64,000 bases of DNA from Centroscyllium fabricii (Eukaryota). The stretch lies in assembly GCA_051313645.2 (NCBI GenBank), contig JBNRSN020000194.1:186001-250000 (forward strand), given 5' to 3'. How positions within the stretch are numbered: position 1 is the first letter of the stretch; every line of letters starts with the position of its first letter. The translations under genes and the position numbers were made by a program. The notes under the pieces are model-generated. The model had not been told where the DNA came from and searched no databases. It saw nothing but the letters and a program-made list of their open reading frames with translations. Positions 41,001 to 51,580 of this stretch are shown one piece after another.

Positions 41001-42033
41001 CCTACGCAAAGACGTCCGCGCCTGGACCACCTCGTGCAATGCCTGCCAGCACGCCAAGGTGCACAACCACATCAAGGCACCGCTCGAACCAATCGCCATC
41101 CCAGCTAGACGTTTCAGCCACGTGCACATTGACCTGGTCGGACCACTACCCCCATCACGTGGACACTCATACCTTTTAACAATGGTCGACCGCACCACCC
41201 GCTGGCCTGAAGCGGTCCCCCTCAGCACGACCACCACCGCCGAACTGGCCAGGGCCTTCATCGCCACCTGGGTCGCCCAGTTCGGCGTCCCCACCGACAT
41301 CACTTCAGACAGGGGCCCCCAATTCACTTCAACCCTATGGTCAACCATCGCTCACGACCTCGGGGCAACCCTGCACCAAACCACCGCCTACCACCCACAG
41401 GCCAACGGCCTCTGCGAACGGTTCCACCGATCTTTCAAGGCCTCCCTGCGGGCCAGCCTCCAGGAGGCAACCTGGACTGACCGCCTGCCCTGGGTAATGC
41501 TCGGCCTCCGCTTGGCGGCCAAAGAAGACCTACATGCCTCGGCAGCCGAGCTGGTATATGGCCAACCACTAACGGTACCGGGCGAGTTTGTGGCAGAAAC
41601 AAACAAACCCTGGTCAGCCGAGCGCTGCCTCAGAGTATTTAACAACCAGGCAGCAGCATTCAAACCACTTCCGGTGGCCCGGCACGGACAGCCGGCGGCA
41701 CGTGTTCCCGAGGGCATCCAAGACGCCAAGTATGTGTTTGTCCGCCATGACGCACACCGAACACCACTGCAGCCACCGTACGATGGACCATTTAGAGTGC
41801 TTCGGGCGGGACCCAAAACTTTTGACATTCAAATGGGCAACAGAACTGAGACCGTATCCATTGACTGGCTCAAACCAGCACACGTAATGGCGGGCGAGAC
41901 AACAGTCCCCGCACAACCACCAAAACGCGGACGCCCTACCGCACCAAAACCTGCCCACACTCCCACGCAGAACAAGAAGCAGCGCATGACACGTGCCGGC
42001 CGCATCATCAGGCCACCTCAGCGCCTCGCCTGA
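38008..42033 (+). pseudogene. pol: Element C gag-pol polyprotein, single frame with two in-frame TAG stops
   Basis: ORFs at 38008, 40297 and 40753 share a frame, with stops at 40273-40275 (FDR*LLA) and 40708-40710. Motifs: FLCDTGA protease, YLDD RT, TTDASD RNase H, HGLSH..CNAC, HIDLVGP, TSDRG, LCERFH, and GPF (YDGPFRV). Confidence 0.95.
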
Positions 42034-42233
42034 GACGACACGTGCGGGCCACACCAGCAGGCCGCCACAACACCATTCTTCGAACCACGGAACAGCACAC
42101 AACACCTGCCGGCCACAACATCAGGCCATTGCGGCAAACTGTCGGACATTCTGTGTGATATCGAAATGTGTGTTTGCTCTCTTTTATGTCTCCCTCTCCT
42201 CTAGGTCCAACTACGCTTTCCCTCACGGATTCT

Positions 42234-42245
42234 GGGGGGGAGCTG
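42234..42245 (+). other. Element C polypurine tract (GGGGGGGAGCTG)
   Basis: G-run directly before the 3' LTR. Confidence 0.85.
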
Positions 42246-42508
42246 TGTGGCGACACGCCCACCGGCAGCTACGAATCCGCTCCAGGAACGCTGCAAGACG
42301 GCCCCGCCCGTCGGGTGATGCACGGACGTCACCGGCATCCCCGAAGTGATGACGTCACCAGGTGGCCAACCGGCAGTGACCTTTAAATAACTGAGCGCCA
42401 GGTGGCTCACTCTCTTTTTCCACCTGGCCCTAGCTGTAACATCATTAAAAGTTAATCTTCCGAATCCTCTGTGTCCAGTGTGGTCCTTCGGCCCTGTATG
42501 CCTCTACA
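42246..42508 (+). repeat. Element C 3' LTR (263 bp)
   Basis: Preceded by PPT GGGGGGGAG. Lacks 17 bp present in the 5' LTR. ATTAAA at 42444-42449. Confidence 0.97.
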
Positions 42509-42754
42509 ACTGCATTATTGTTGCCAACAATTGGCTGTGTGTGATACAAAGCCTGTAATACTGTCGTGGAGCCAGGTCAGCGACACCTCTAACTCCTCCC
42601 CCAGGTGAGGCCTTTATAGGTGAGGACTGACCGAGGCTACCTCATTCTGTTCTGATGTTCGTTCGGAGGGTAGCTCCAAAGTAAGTTATTAAAAGCCTAT
42701 AGTTACGGTAACTACTCGTCCAGTATTTTATTAAGAGATATTGACGATACGTCA
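42509..42754 (+). repeat. Element B 5' LTR, remainder
   Basis: Matches 47067-47312. Has TATA-like TTTATA (42613-42618), Inr-like TCATTC (42642-42647) and ATTAAA (42688-42693). Ends in ...GTCA. Confidence 0.95.
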
Positions 42755-42755
42755 A

Positions 42756-42768
42756 TTTTAATAACTTA
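42756..42768 (+). promoter_or_regulatory. Element B non-tRNA PBS-position motif TTTTAATAACTTA, complementary to its own LTR (42682-42694)
   Basis: Perfect 13-bp reverse complement of TAAGTTATTAAAA, 1 nt after the LTR end. No TGG next to the LTR. Function is inferred. Confidence 0.75.
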
Positions 42769-42780
42769 GAAATTTTGGAA

Positions 42781-45700
42781 ATGGAGAGCGGTGCAGTAAA
42801 GCCAGAAAAGCTGGATAACAGTCCACAGGACCCAGCCGCCGCCACCACGTTCGAACACTGGTTCGGTCTCCTGGAGGCCTACATGGACGCCGCCAAGGCT
42901 ACAACCGACGGGAATAAGTTACAGGTTCTCTGGTCTAGGATCTCCAGCCGAGTATTCTCCCTCATCCGAGACGCCAATACCTACCATGGGGCAGTGGAAA
43001 AGCTGAGGAAATGCTACGAGCGCCCGATCCATTCGGTCTACGCCAGACATGTGCTCGCGACCAGACCACAACTACCGGGTGAGACCAATGAACAGTTTGA
43101 GCAAGCGCTCCAGGCCCTGGTACGGGTCTGTGGCTGCCAAGCCCGGACAGCAGAAGAGGAGGCGAACCTTCTCGTCCGAGACGCGTTTGTAACTGGCCTG
43201 AGATGCGTGGAATCCCGCCAGCGGCTGCTCGAAAAAGACTCTTTGACTCTTGAAGAGGCGATCACCATAGCTAACTCCGTTGAAGGAGCACGCAATAAAT
43301 TGTAGGCGTACAGTGGCACAAACCCGCAGGCCTAAGACATGTGGGCCACGCCACAATGGGCCCAGGCCTGGGCAGCACCACAATGGGTCGAGACCCCCAC
43401 GATGGCTGCGACAGCCACAAAGGACAAACAGTGCTATTTCTGCGGCTAGGGACTGCACCCGCAAGCGAGATGCCCAGCAAGGACAGCGACCGGTGAGAGG
43501 TGCGCCAAAAAGGGACATTATGCAAAGGCTTGCAGATCAGCACCAGCAGCGCCCAACTCCAGGTACAACAGCGCAGCCTGTGAAAGCTCCGACAGACCTC
43601 AGGTAAGCTGCAATAGCAGCGCGATCCAGCGACGGTCCGGGGGTAGAAGGAAAGCGCCCCCATCTCCCACCCCGATGCGGCAAAGGCCGGCCAAGCGCGA
43701 CCCCACAACGCCAGCAGCAGACCCAACGCGGCCGGCTGCGTGCGAATCACGGGCACCGCCAACCCGACCACCGCGGCTCGCTGCGTGCGAACCACGGGCC
43801 CCGCCAACCCAGTCACCGCGGCCCACTGTGTGCGAACCACGGGCGCCACCAGCGTGCTCACAGCGGTCAGCGGCGTGCGAACCACGGGCGCCGACATCTC
43901 GACTCCAGCGGCCCACCATGTGCGACCCCTCGGCGCCGCCATTTTGTCTCCTGGGCCCCACCATGTGCGAGCCAGGGATGCCGCCATTTTGTCTCCAAGG
44001 CCCCACCATGTGCGAGCCAGGGGCGCCGCCATTTTGTGTACAGCCCCAACCAGCAGGGGGCCCCCACACACAAAATTACACGTCGGCCTCAGCCATACCC
44101 AGCGTGAACCAGGACAGGCCACACACTCTGTCGAATTCGATAATGCCAATTAAAATAAACGGCCATATTATCGATTGCCTATTTGACACTGGAAGCACGG
44201 AGAGTTTTGTGCACACCGATACAGTGCAGCGCAGCGGACTGCAGATCCTGCCCACGAACTACCAAGACTCCCTTGCTTCACAGTCCCACACCGCGGACGT
44301 CACCGGCTACTGCTCTGTCACGCTCACAGTCAAAGGGTGCGTGTACCGTAATTTTAATTTGTACACCCTCAAGCAGTTGTGGGCCCCAGCCTTACTAGGT
44401 CTAGATTTCCAGTGCCACCTCAAGAGCGTGACAATGGAGTTCGGCGGGACCTTGCCCCCCCTCACCGTCAGTAGCCGGGACAGTCCCTTCCCAAAGCGGA
44501 GCCCGGCCTGCGGCCTCTCCACCCTGAAAATCGACCCCCCCTCACTGTTCGCCAACCTCGATCCCAAGTGCAAACCTATTGCTACCAAGAGTTGGCGGTA
44601 CAGTGTGGGGGATCGCACGTTTATCAGGTCGGAGGTCGGGCGTATGCTGAATGAGGGGATAATTGAAGCCAACACCAGCCCCTGGCAGGCCCAGGTAGTA
44701 GTGGTGAAGTCTGGCGAGAAACAGCGGCTGGTTATCGATTACAGCCAGACCATCAACCGCTACACCGGGCTAGACGCCTACCCCCTCCCCCGCATCTCGG
44801 AAATGGTCAATCAGATCGCCCAATATAAGGTGTTCTCCACGATCGACCTTAAGTCGGCGTATCACCAACTCCCGATCCGGAAAGCCGACCGCCCTTACAC
44901 CACCTTCGAGGCGAACGGTCGGCTCTACCACTTCCTCCGGGTCCCCTTCGGCGTGACCAACAGAGTGTCAGTGTTCCAATGAGAGGTGGACCACATGGTT
45001 GACCAGAACGAGTTACGGGCCACTTTCCCTTACCTGGACAACGTGACCATCTGCGGCCACGACCAGCAGGACCACGATGCCAATCTGGCCAAATTCCTCG
45101 ACACGGCGGATAAGCTGGACCTCATGTATAACAAAGAAAAATGTGTCTTTAATACAGACCAGCTCGCCATCCTCGGATACGTGGTGGAAAACGGGGTCCT
45201 CGGCCCCGACCCACAGCGTATGCGACCCCTTCAAGGACTGCCCCTACCTCACAACCCCAAAGCCTTGAGGAGATGCCTAGGATTTTTCTCCTATTACGCA
45301 CAATGGGTCCCACAGTTCGCGGACAAGGCTAGACCACTCCTCAAGGCTGCCGTTTTCCCCCTTTCGATAGAAGCCCAAATGGCATTCGCCCGGATAAAGG
45401 AAGACATCATCAAGGCGACCATGCTCGCTGTTGATGAATCCATTCCCTTCCAGGTGGAGAGCGACGCTTCAGACTTTGCCCTTGCTGCCATACTGAATCA
45501 GGCAGGCAGGCCCGTAGCGTTTTTCTCCCGCACCCTACAAGGACCTGAAACTCGCCACTCTGCAGGGGAAAAGGAGGCCCAGGCCATCGTGGAGGCCGTG
45601 CGCTACTGGCGTCATTACCTGGCCGGTAAGCGTTTTACCCTTCTCACCGACCAATGGTCGGTGGCGTTTATGTTTAATAATAAACAAAAGGGTAAGGTCA

Positions 45701-47017
45701 AGAATGATAAGATCCTGCAGTGGTGGATCGAACTCTCGACTTACGTGTACGACATTCTTTACCGACCAGGTAAACTCAATGAACCCCCGGACGCACAGTC
45801 CAGGGGAACGTGTGCCAGTGCCCAGCTAGACCGGCTGAAGGACCTCCACGAACGCCTTTGCCACCCGGGTGTCACCAGACTCGCCCACTTCGTCAGATCC
45901 CGTAGCCTCCCCTACTCCATCACGGAGATCAAGGCTATGACCCGAGAGTGCCCTGTTTGCGCCGAGTGCAAACACCAATTTTTCCGGCCAGACACGGTGC
46001 ACCTCATCAAGGCCACCCGCCCCTTTGAACGTCTCAGCGTGGACTTCAAAGGCCCCCTCCCCACCACTGACCGCAACTCATACTTCCTCACGGTCGTAGG
46101 TGAGTTCTCCCGCTTCCCCTTCGCCTTCCCCAGCGCAGATATGACGAGCGCAACGGTGATAAAACACTTCACCACGCTGTTCGCCATCTTCGGTTTCCCC
46201 TGCTACATCCATAGCGACCGGGGGTCATCGTTCATGAGCGATGAACTGCGTCAGTTTCTGCTCCAGAAAGGGGTTGCCATGAGCAGAACGACCAGTTATA
46301 ACCCCCAGGGGAACGGCCAGGTTGCAAGGGAGAATGGGATCATCTGGAAGACGGTCACCCTGGCTCTGAAGTCCAGAGGCCTTCCAGTGGCCCATTGGCA
46401 GGCAGTCCTCCCAGACGCGCTGCATTCTATACGTTCTCTCCTGTGTACGGCCACTAACGCCACCCCTCATGACTTGATTTTTTCCTTCCCCAGGAAGTCG
46501 ACTTCGGGGACAGCTCTTCCTCCATGGCTCACGACACCGGTGCCGGTCTTCCTTAGGAGACACGTCCGTGGCCACAAGACTGACCCCCTGGTGGACAAGG
46601 TGCAGCTCCTGCATGCGAACCCGCAATACGAATATGTACAGTTCCCAGACGGGCGTGAGGACACCGTATCCATCAGGGACCTGGCGCCCGCAGGAAGCAC
46701 CGCAGCAGAGCCCCTGGTCGGGCAGCAGCCTGCCCAGCCACAGTACCCAGAACAACCCCTACACCTACAATGGCCTCCGAGGTTTCCAGAGCCCCAGCCG
46801 TGGCCAGCCAGCCCAAGACCATCACTCCGATAGCTCGGACCATCTGAGACCACCATCATCTGAAACCACGGCACCAGAGCCGCTGTCACCACCAATGGAC
46901 TCGAGCAGCACGGACCACGAAGAACCATCAACGGAACTCCGGCGGTCCTCCAGGCTGACACGACCGCCGGACAAGCTCATATTGAACTGCTCGGTCCATT
47001 CACCCCACCGGACTTAA
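42781..47017 (+). pseudogene. pol: Element B gag-pol single polyprotein, broken by nonsense codons
   Basis: One frame from ATG 42781 through 43675 and 44986 to 46833, with stops at 43303 (TAG), about 43333 (TAA), about 43447 (TAG) and 44980 (TGA). Motifs: CYFCG*GLHPQARC knuckle, LFDTGS, YLDN, ESDASD, HERLCH..CPVC, VDFKGP, HSDRG. The integrase catalytic Glu reads Ala (QVAREN). The C-terminal RRSSRLTRPPDKL is frameshifted. Confidence 0.95.
43738..44052 (+). repeat. Seven degenerate 45-bp (15-aa) coding repeats between gag and protease of element B
   Basis: ACESRAPPTRPPRLA / ACEPRAPPTQSPRPT / ... / MCEPGAPPFCVQPQP. Confidence 0.9.
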
Positions 47018-47024
47018 AATTTTC

Positions 47025-47037
47025 AAGAAGGGGTGAA
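47025..47037 (+). other. Element B polypurine tract (AAGAAGGGGTGAA)
   Basis: Directly precedes the 3' LTR and matches A's PPT. Confidence 0.9.
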
Positions 47038-47312
47038 TATGGTAACCCATATTGTATATATTTACCACTGCATTATTGTTGCCAACAATTGGCTGTGTGT
47101 GATACACAGCCTGTAATACTGTCATGGAGCCAGGTCAGCCACACCTCTAACTCCTCCCCCAGGTGAAGCCTTTATAGGTGAGGACTGACAGAGGCTCGCT
47201 CATTCTGTGCTGATGTTCGTTCGGAGGGTAGCTCCAAAGTAAGTTATTAAAAGCCTATAGTTACGGTAACTACTCGGCCAGTCTTTTATTAAGAGATATT
47301 GATGATACATCA
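47038..47312 (+). repeat. Element B 3' LTR (275 bp, terminal TG mutated to TA)
   Basis: About 13 substitutions against the rejoined 5' LTR (hand count). Preceded by the PPT. ATTAAA at 47246-47251. Confidence 0.95.
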
Positions 47313-48555
47313 GGCGCAGAGCTGCGGCAGCACGAAAAAGCTAAAATTATCAAAGTGCACGCCCTGTACAGTTAGGGCCAGAGACATCCGCAGATTCTGA
47401 TTTAGAAGCCATCGAAATTCTTTGGCTCGCAGGCATAACCTTAAGGGAGAGGCGCTCTACTGTCTCAGGATGAATAAAACTCACCGTGCTCCCACTGTCG
47501 AAAAGGCACATCACGACTTGTCTGTTCACTTGCACCGGCATCATTGATTTCCCAAGTGATTGGGTCTTGTTCTGGTCAAGAGTTACTGATGCTAAAATTG
47601 GGTCAGCCGATTCCTCTTGATCTGCAGAGTAGTCCTCAGGGGCCGGTCCCCAAGATGGCTGCCGCCATGTGGTGAACTGCGGCGGGGGTGGCTGGGTCCA
47701 ATATGGTGACTGTTGCCATGCGGGGTGCTGAGTGGGGGATGGTTGAGTCCAATATGGCTGCTCCCATGTTCCACACGCGGCGCTGCCCAGTTTTGGTTTA
47801 GGGGCTGATGTGGTCGCCTTACAGACTTTTGCGTAATCTCCTTTTTTACCACATTTTGTACAGGCTGCTTCTCTTGCCGGGCAGCTACGTCTCGGATGCT
47901 GAGACTGCCCGCAGAAGTAACATTTAGCCGTCTTTGCGTGAGCGGCTGCGATCATTTCTTCCACCGGCCGTTGCGCCGGCGTTGTCGAACATGGCGGGGC
48001 TGGGCCCGCATAGCTGCCGGAATAAGATGAGAGGTTTAGCGAGGCCACGTCCAGCGCGTGTCCCAGATCCGTAGTTGCCTGCAGGTCAAGGCCGTTCTGC
48101 TCTAACAGCCTCTGTCTTATATAGTCCGATCTGAGGCCTGTGACATATGCGTCTCTAATGAGACTGTCCGCATGGATCGGGGCCATTAGCGCTCTGCAGT
48201 CACAGGCCCGTGAAAGCACACTCAGCACTCTTAAAAATTCCACGCTGGACTCACCGGGTTGCTGCTTCCTGGTGGCTAGGAGATGTCTGGCGTGGACGAT
48301 ATTGGGTGCCCGGTTGTACTCCGCCTTGAGGATCCTGATAGCATCCAAGTACGATGATGCGTCCACGATCATGGAGTACACCTGAGGGCCCACACGGTCA
48401 TTGAGGAGCCGTCGTTTTTCCTCTTCGGTCAAGACGACCGCTGCGTTCGCTCACAGGTATGCATCGAAAACACTGCACCAGTGTGTAAAAGTGTTTGATG
48501 CACCAGGTGTTCGGGGGTCCAGTTCAAACGTTGCTGGCTTGAGCATGGCTTCCAT
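47313..48555 (-). pseudogene. gag: Element A gag-protease (5' part of a gag-pol ORF)
   Basis: ATG at 48555 (MEAMLKPATFELDP...) with an in-frame TGA at 48453-48451. Two zinc knuckles (CYFCGQSQHPRRSC, CTKCGKKGDYAKVC) and protease motif LFDSGS. A small deletion/frameshift lies near 47377. Cut by element B at 47312. Confidence 0.92.
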
Positions 48556-48564
48556 CTTCAAAAA

Positions 48565-48578
48565 TTAGTTAATAAAAT
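48565..48578 (-). promoter_or_regulatory. Element A non-tRNA PBS-position motif ATTTTATTAACTAA, complementary to its own LTR
   Basis: 13/13 complementary to the 3' LTR copy (34495-34507) and 11 contiguous bp to the 5' LTR copy (48633-48643). Function is inferred. Confidence 0.75.
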
Positions 48579-48878
48579 TGTGACCGAAATAACGACCTCG
48601 TGGACGAGTAGCTAGAAAGAGAAACAATGCGGATTTTATTAACAAAATGCTGGGACACGCACCAGCTAGTCGACTGTCCCCAGGTATGGCCGGGGGACGG
48701 GAGATGGCCATTTATATACCACCTCCTGGGAGGGAGGAGTCACGGGTGGAGCCAGCCTGGGCATGTCCTGGTAATCGTATAACTGGTTATATACAACATG
48801 GCATTAGGTACGATTACATAGATACAAACGGGGTGATTATATACAATAAGAAACAATGGGAAACAGTGGTTTATCACA
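48579..48878 (-). repeat. Element A 5' LTR (300 bp)
   Basis: Direct repeat of 34440-34739. The gag ATG follows 23 nt downstream on the minus strand. Confidence 0.97.
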
Positions 48879-51580
48879 CTCGGAGCACTCGCCCCTAACT
48901 GAGAATACTCAGAGAACCCGCCCCTGACTGAGAATACTCAGAGCACCCGCCCCTGACTGAGTATACTGAGAGCACCCGCCCCTGACTAAGAATACTCGGA
49001 ACACCCGCCCCTGACTGAGAATACTCAGAGCACCCGCTCCTGACTGAGTATACTGAGAGCACCCGCCCCTGACTGAGAATACTCGGAACACCCGCCCCTG
49101 ACTCAGAATCTTCGGAGCACACACCCCGACTTAGAATAATCGGAGCACCCGCCCCCGACTGAGAATACTCGGAGAATCCGCCCCTGACTGATACTACTCG
49201 GAGCACCCACCCCTGACTGAGAATATTCGGAGCACCTGCCCCTGACTTAGAACACTCGGAGCACCCGCCCCTGTCTGAGAATACTCAGAGCACCCGCCCC
49301 TGACTGAGGATACACAGAGCACCTGCCCCTGACTAAGTATACTGAGAGCACCCGCCCCTGACTGAGAATACTCGGAGCACCCGCCACTGACTGAGAATAC
49401 TCGGAGCACACACCCCTGACTTACAATAATCAGAGCACCCGCCCCTGACTGAGAATTCTCGGAGCTCCCGCCCCTGACTGAGGATACTCAGAGCACCCAA
49501 TCCTCACTGAGAATACTGAGAGCACCCGCATCTGACTGAGAATACGGACAGCACCCGCACCTGACTGAGAATACTGAGAGCACCCGCCCCTGACTGAGAA
49601 TACTGAGAGCACCCGCCCCTGACTGAGAAGACTGTGAGCAGCGGCTCATGACTGAGAATACTCGGAGCACCCGCTCCTGACTTGAATACTCGGAGCTCCC
49701 GCCCCTCACACAGAATACTGAGAGCAACCGCCCCTGACTGAGAATACTCGGAGCACCCACCCCTGACTGAGAATACTGAGAGCACCCGCCCCTGACAAAG
49801 AATACTGAGAGCACCCGCCCCTGACTGAAAATACTCGGAGTACCCGCACCTGACAGAATACTCGGAGTACCTGCCCCTGACTGAGAATACTCGGAGCACA
49901 CGCCCCTGACTGAGAATACTTGGAGCACCCGCACCTGACTGAGAATACTTAGAGCACTCGCCCCTGACTGAGAATACTCAGAGCACACGCCCCTGACTGA
50001 GAAAACTCAGAGCACTCGCCTCTGACTGAGAATACTCGGAGCACTCGACCCTGACTGAGAATACTCAAAGCACACGCCCCTGACTGAGAATATCGGAGCA
50101 CCCACCCCTGACTGTGAATATTCGGAGCACCCACCCCTGTCTTAGAATAATCGGAGCACCCGCCCCTGACTGATAATACTCGGAGCACCCGCGCCTGACT
50201 GAGAATACCTAGGGCACCCTGCGTGACAGAGAATACTCGGAGCTCCCACCCCTGACTGAGTATACTCGGAGAACCCGCCCCTGACTGAGAATACTCGGAG
50301 CTCCCGCCCCTGACTGAGTATACTCGGAGCACCCGCCCCTGACTGAGAATACTGAGAGCACCCGCCCCTGACTGAGAATACTGTGAGCACCCGCCCCTGA
50401 CTGAGAATACTCGGAGCACCCGCCCCTGACTTGAATACTCGGAGCTCCCGCCCCTCACTCAGAATACTGAAAGCACCCGCCCCTGACTGAGAATACTCGG
50501 AACACCCGCCCCTGACTGAGAATAATGAGAGCACCCGCCCCTGACTAAGAATAATGAGAGCACCCGCCCCTGACTGAGAATACACAGAGCACCCGCCCCT
50601 TACTGAGAATAGTGAGAGCACCCGCCCCTGATTGAGAATACTCGGAGTACCCGGCCCTGACTGAGAATAGGCGGAGTACCCACCACTGACTGAGAATACT
50701 CAGAGCACTCGCCCCTGACTGAATATACTCAGAGTACCCGCACCTGACTGAGAATACTCGGTGTACCTGCCCCTGACTGAGAATACTCGGAGCACCCGTC
50801 ACTGACTGAGAATACTTGGAGCACCCGCACCTGACTGAGAATACTCAGAGCACTCGCACCTGACTGAGAATAGTGAGAGCACCCGCGCCTGACTGAGAAT
50901 ACTCAGAGCACTTGCCCCTGACTGAGAATACTCGGAGCACACACCGCTGACTGAAAATACTCTGAGTACCCGCACCTGACTGAGAATACTCGGTGTACCT
51001 GCCACTGACTGAGAATACTCAGAGCACCCGCCCCTGACTGAGAATACTTGGAGCACCCGCACCTGACTGAGAATACTCAGAGCACTCGCCCTTGACTGAG
51101 AATACTGAGAGCACCCGCGCCTGACTGAGATTACTCATGGCACTCGCCTCTGACTGAGAAAACTCGGAGCACTCGCCCCTGACTGAGGATACTCGGAGTA
51201 CCCGCCCCTGACTCAGAATACTGAGAGCACCCGCCCCTGACTCAGAATACTGTGTGCACCCGCCCCTGACTGAGAATACTCAGAGCAATCGCTCCTGACT
51301 GAGAATACTCAGAGCACCCACAGCTGACTGAGAATACTCGGAGCACCCACCCCTGAATGAGAATACTCATAGCACCCGCCCCTGATTGAGAATAGTCAGA
51401 GCACTCGCCCCAAATGAGAATACTCGGAGCACCCACCCCTGACTGAGAATACTCGGAGCACCCGCCACTAACTGAGAAAACTCGGAGCACCCGCCCCTGA
51501 CTGAGAATTCACGGAGCACCCGACCCTGACTGAGAATACGTGGAGCACACAGCCCTGACTGAGAATACTCGGAGCACTCA

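Larger units (their letters stand above)
37632..42508 (+). mobile_element. Element C: CsRn1-like Ty3/Gypsy LTR retrotransposon, innermost and youngest LTR element
   Basis: LTRs 37632-37911 and 42246-42508 (TG...CA), perfect 4-bp TSD ACTG (37628-37631, 42509-42512). tRNA-Trp-type PBS and CHCC Gag motif (CYYH...C...C), all typical of the CsRn1 clade. Confidence 0.95.
37599..47312 (+). mobile_element. Element B: Ty3/Gypsy LTR retrotransposon of the same lineage as A, nested antisense in A
   Basis: 5' LTR 37599-42754 (split by C), 3' LTR 47038-47312. Degenerate 5-bp TSD GACAC (37594-37598) / GGCGC (47313-47317). Pol is clearly homologous to A's, but the LTRs do not align by eye. Confidence 0.95.
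34440..48878 (-). mobile_element. Element A: Ty3/Gypsy LTR retrotransposon (possibly Mag-related), decayed, outermost in the nest
   Basis: Two 300-bp LTRs (TGTGA...TCACA) and a perfect 5-bp TSD CTCGG (34435-34439, 48879-48883). Domain order on minus is gag-PR-RT-RH-IN. PPT lies next to the left LTR. Confidence 0.97.

Noticed and set aside
37701-46961. Overlapping and antisense ORFs within the elements (e.g. 37701-38276, 38646-39380, 43271-44149)
   Set aside because: GC-rich shadow frames of gag-pol with no motifs. No env-like or extra gene was seen.
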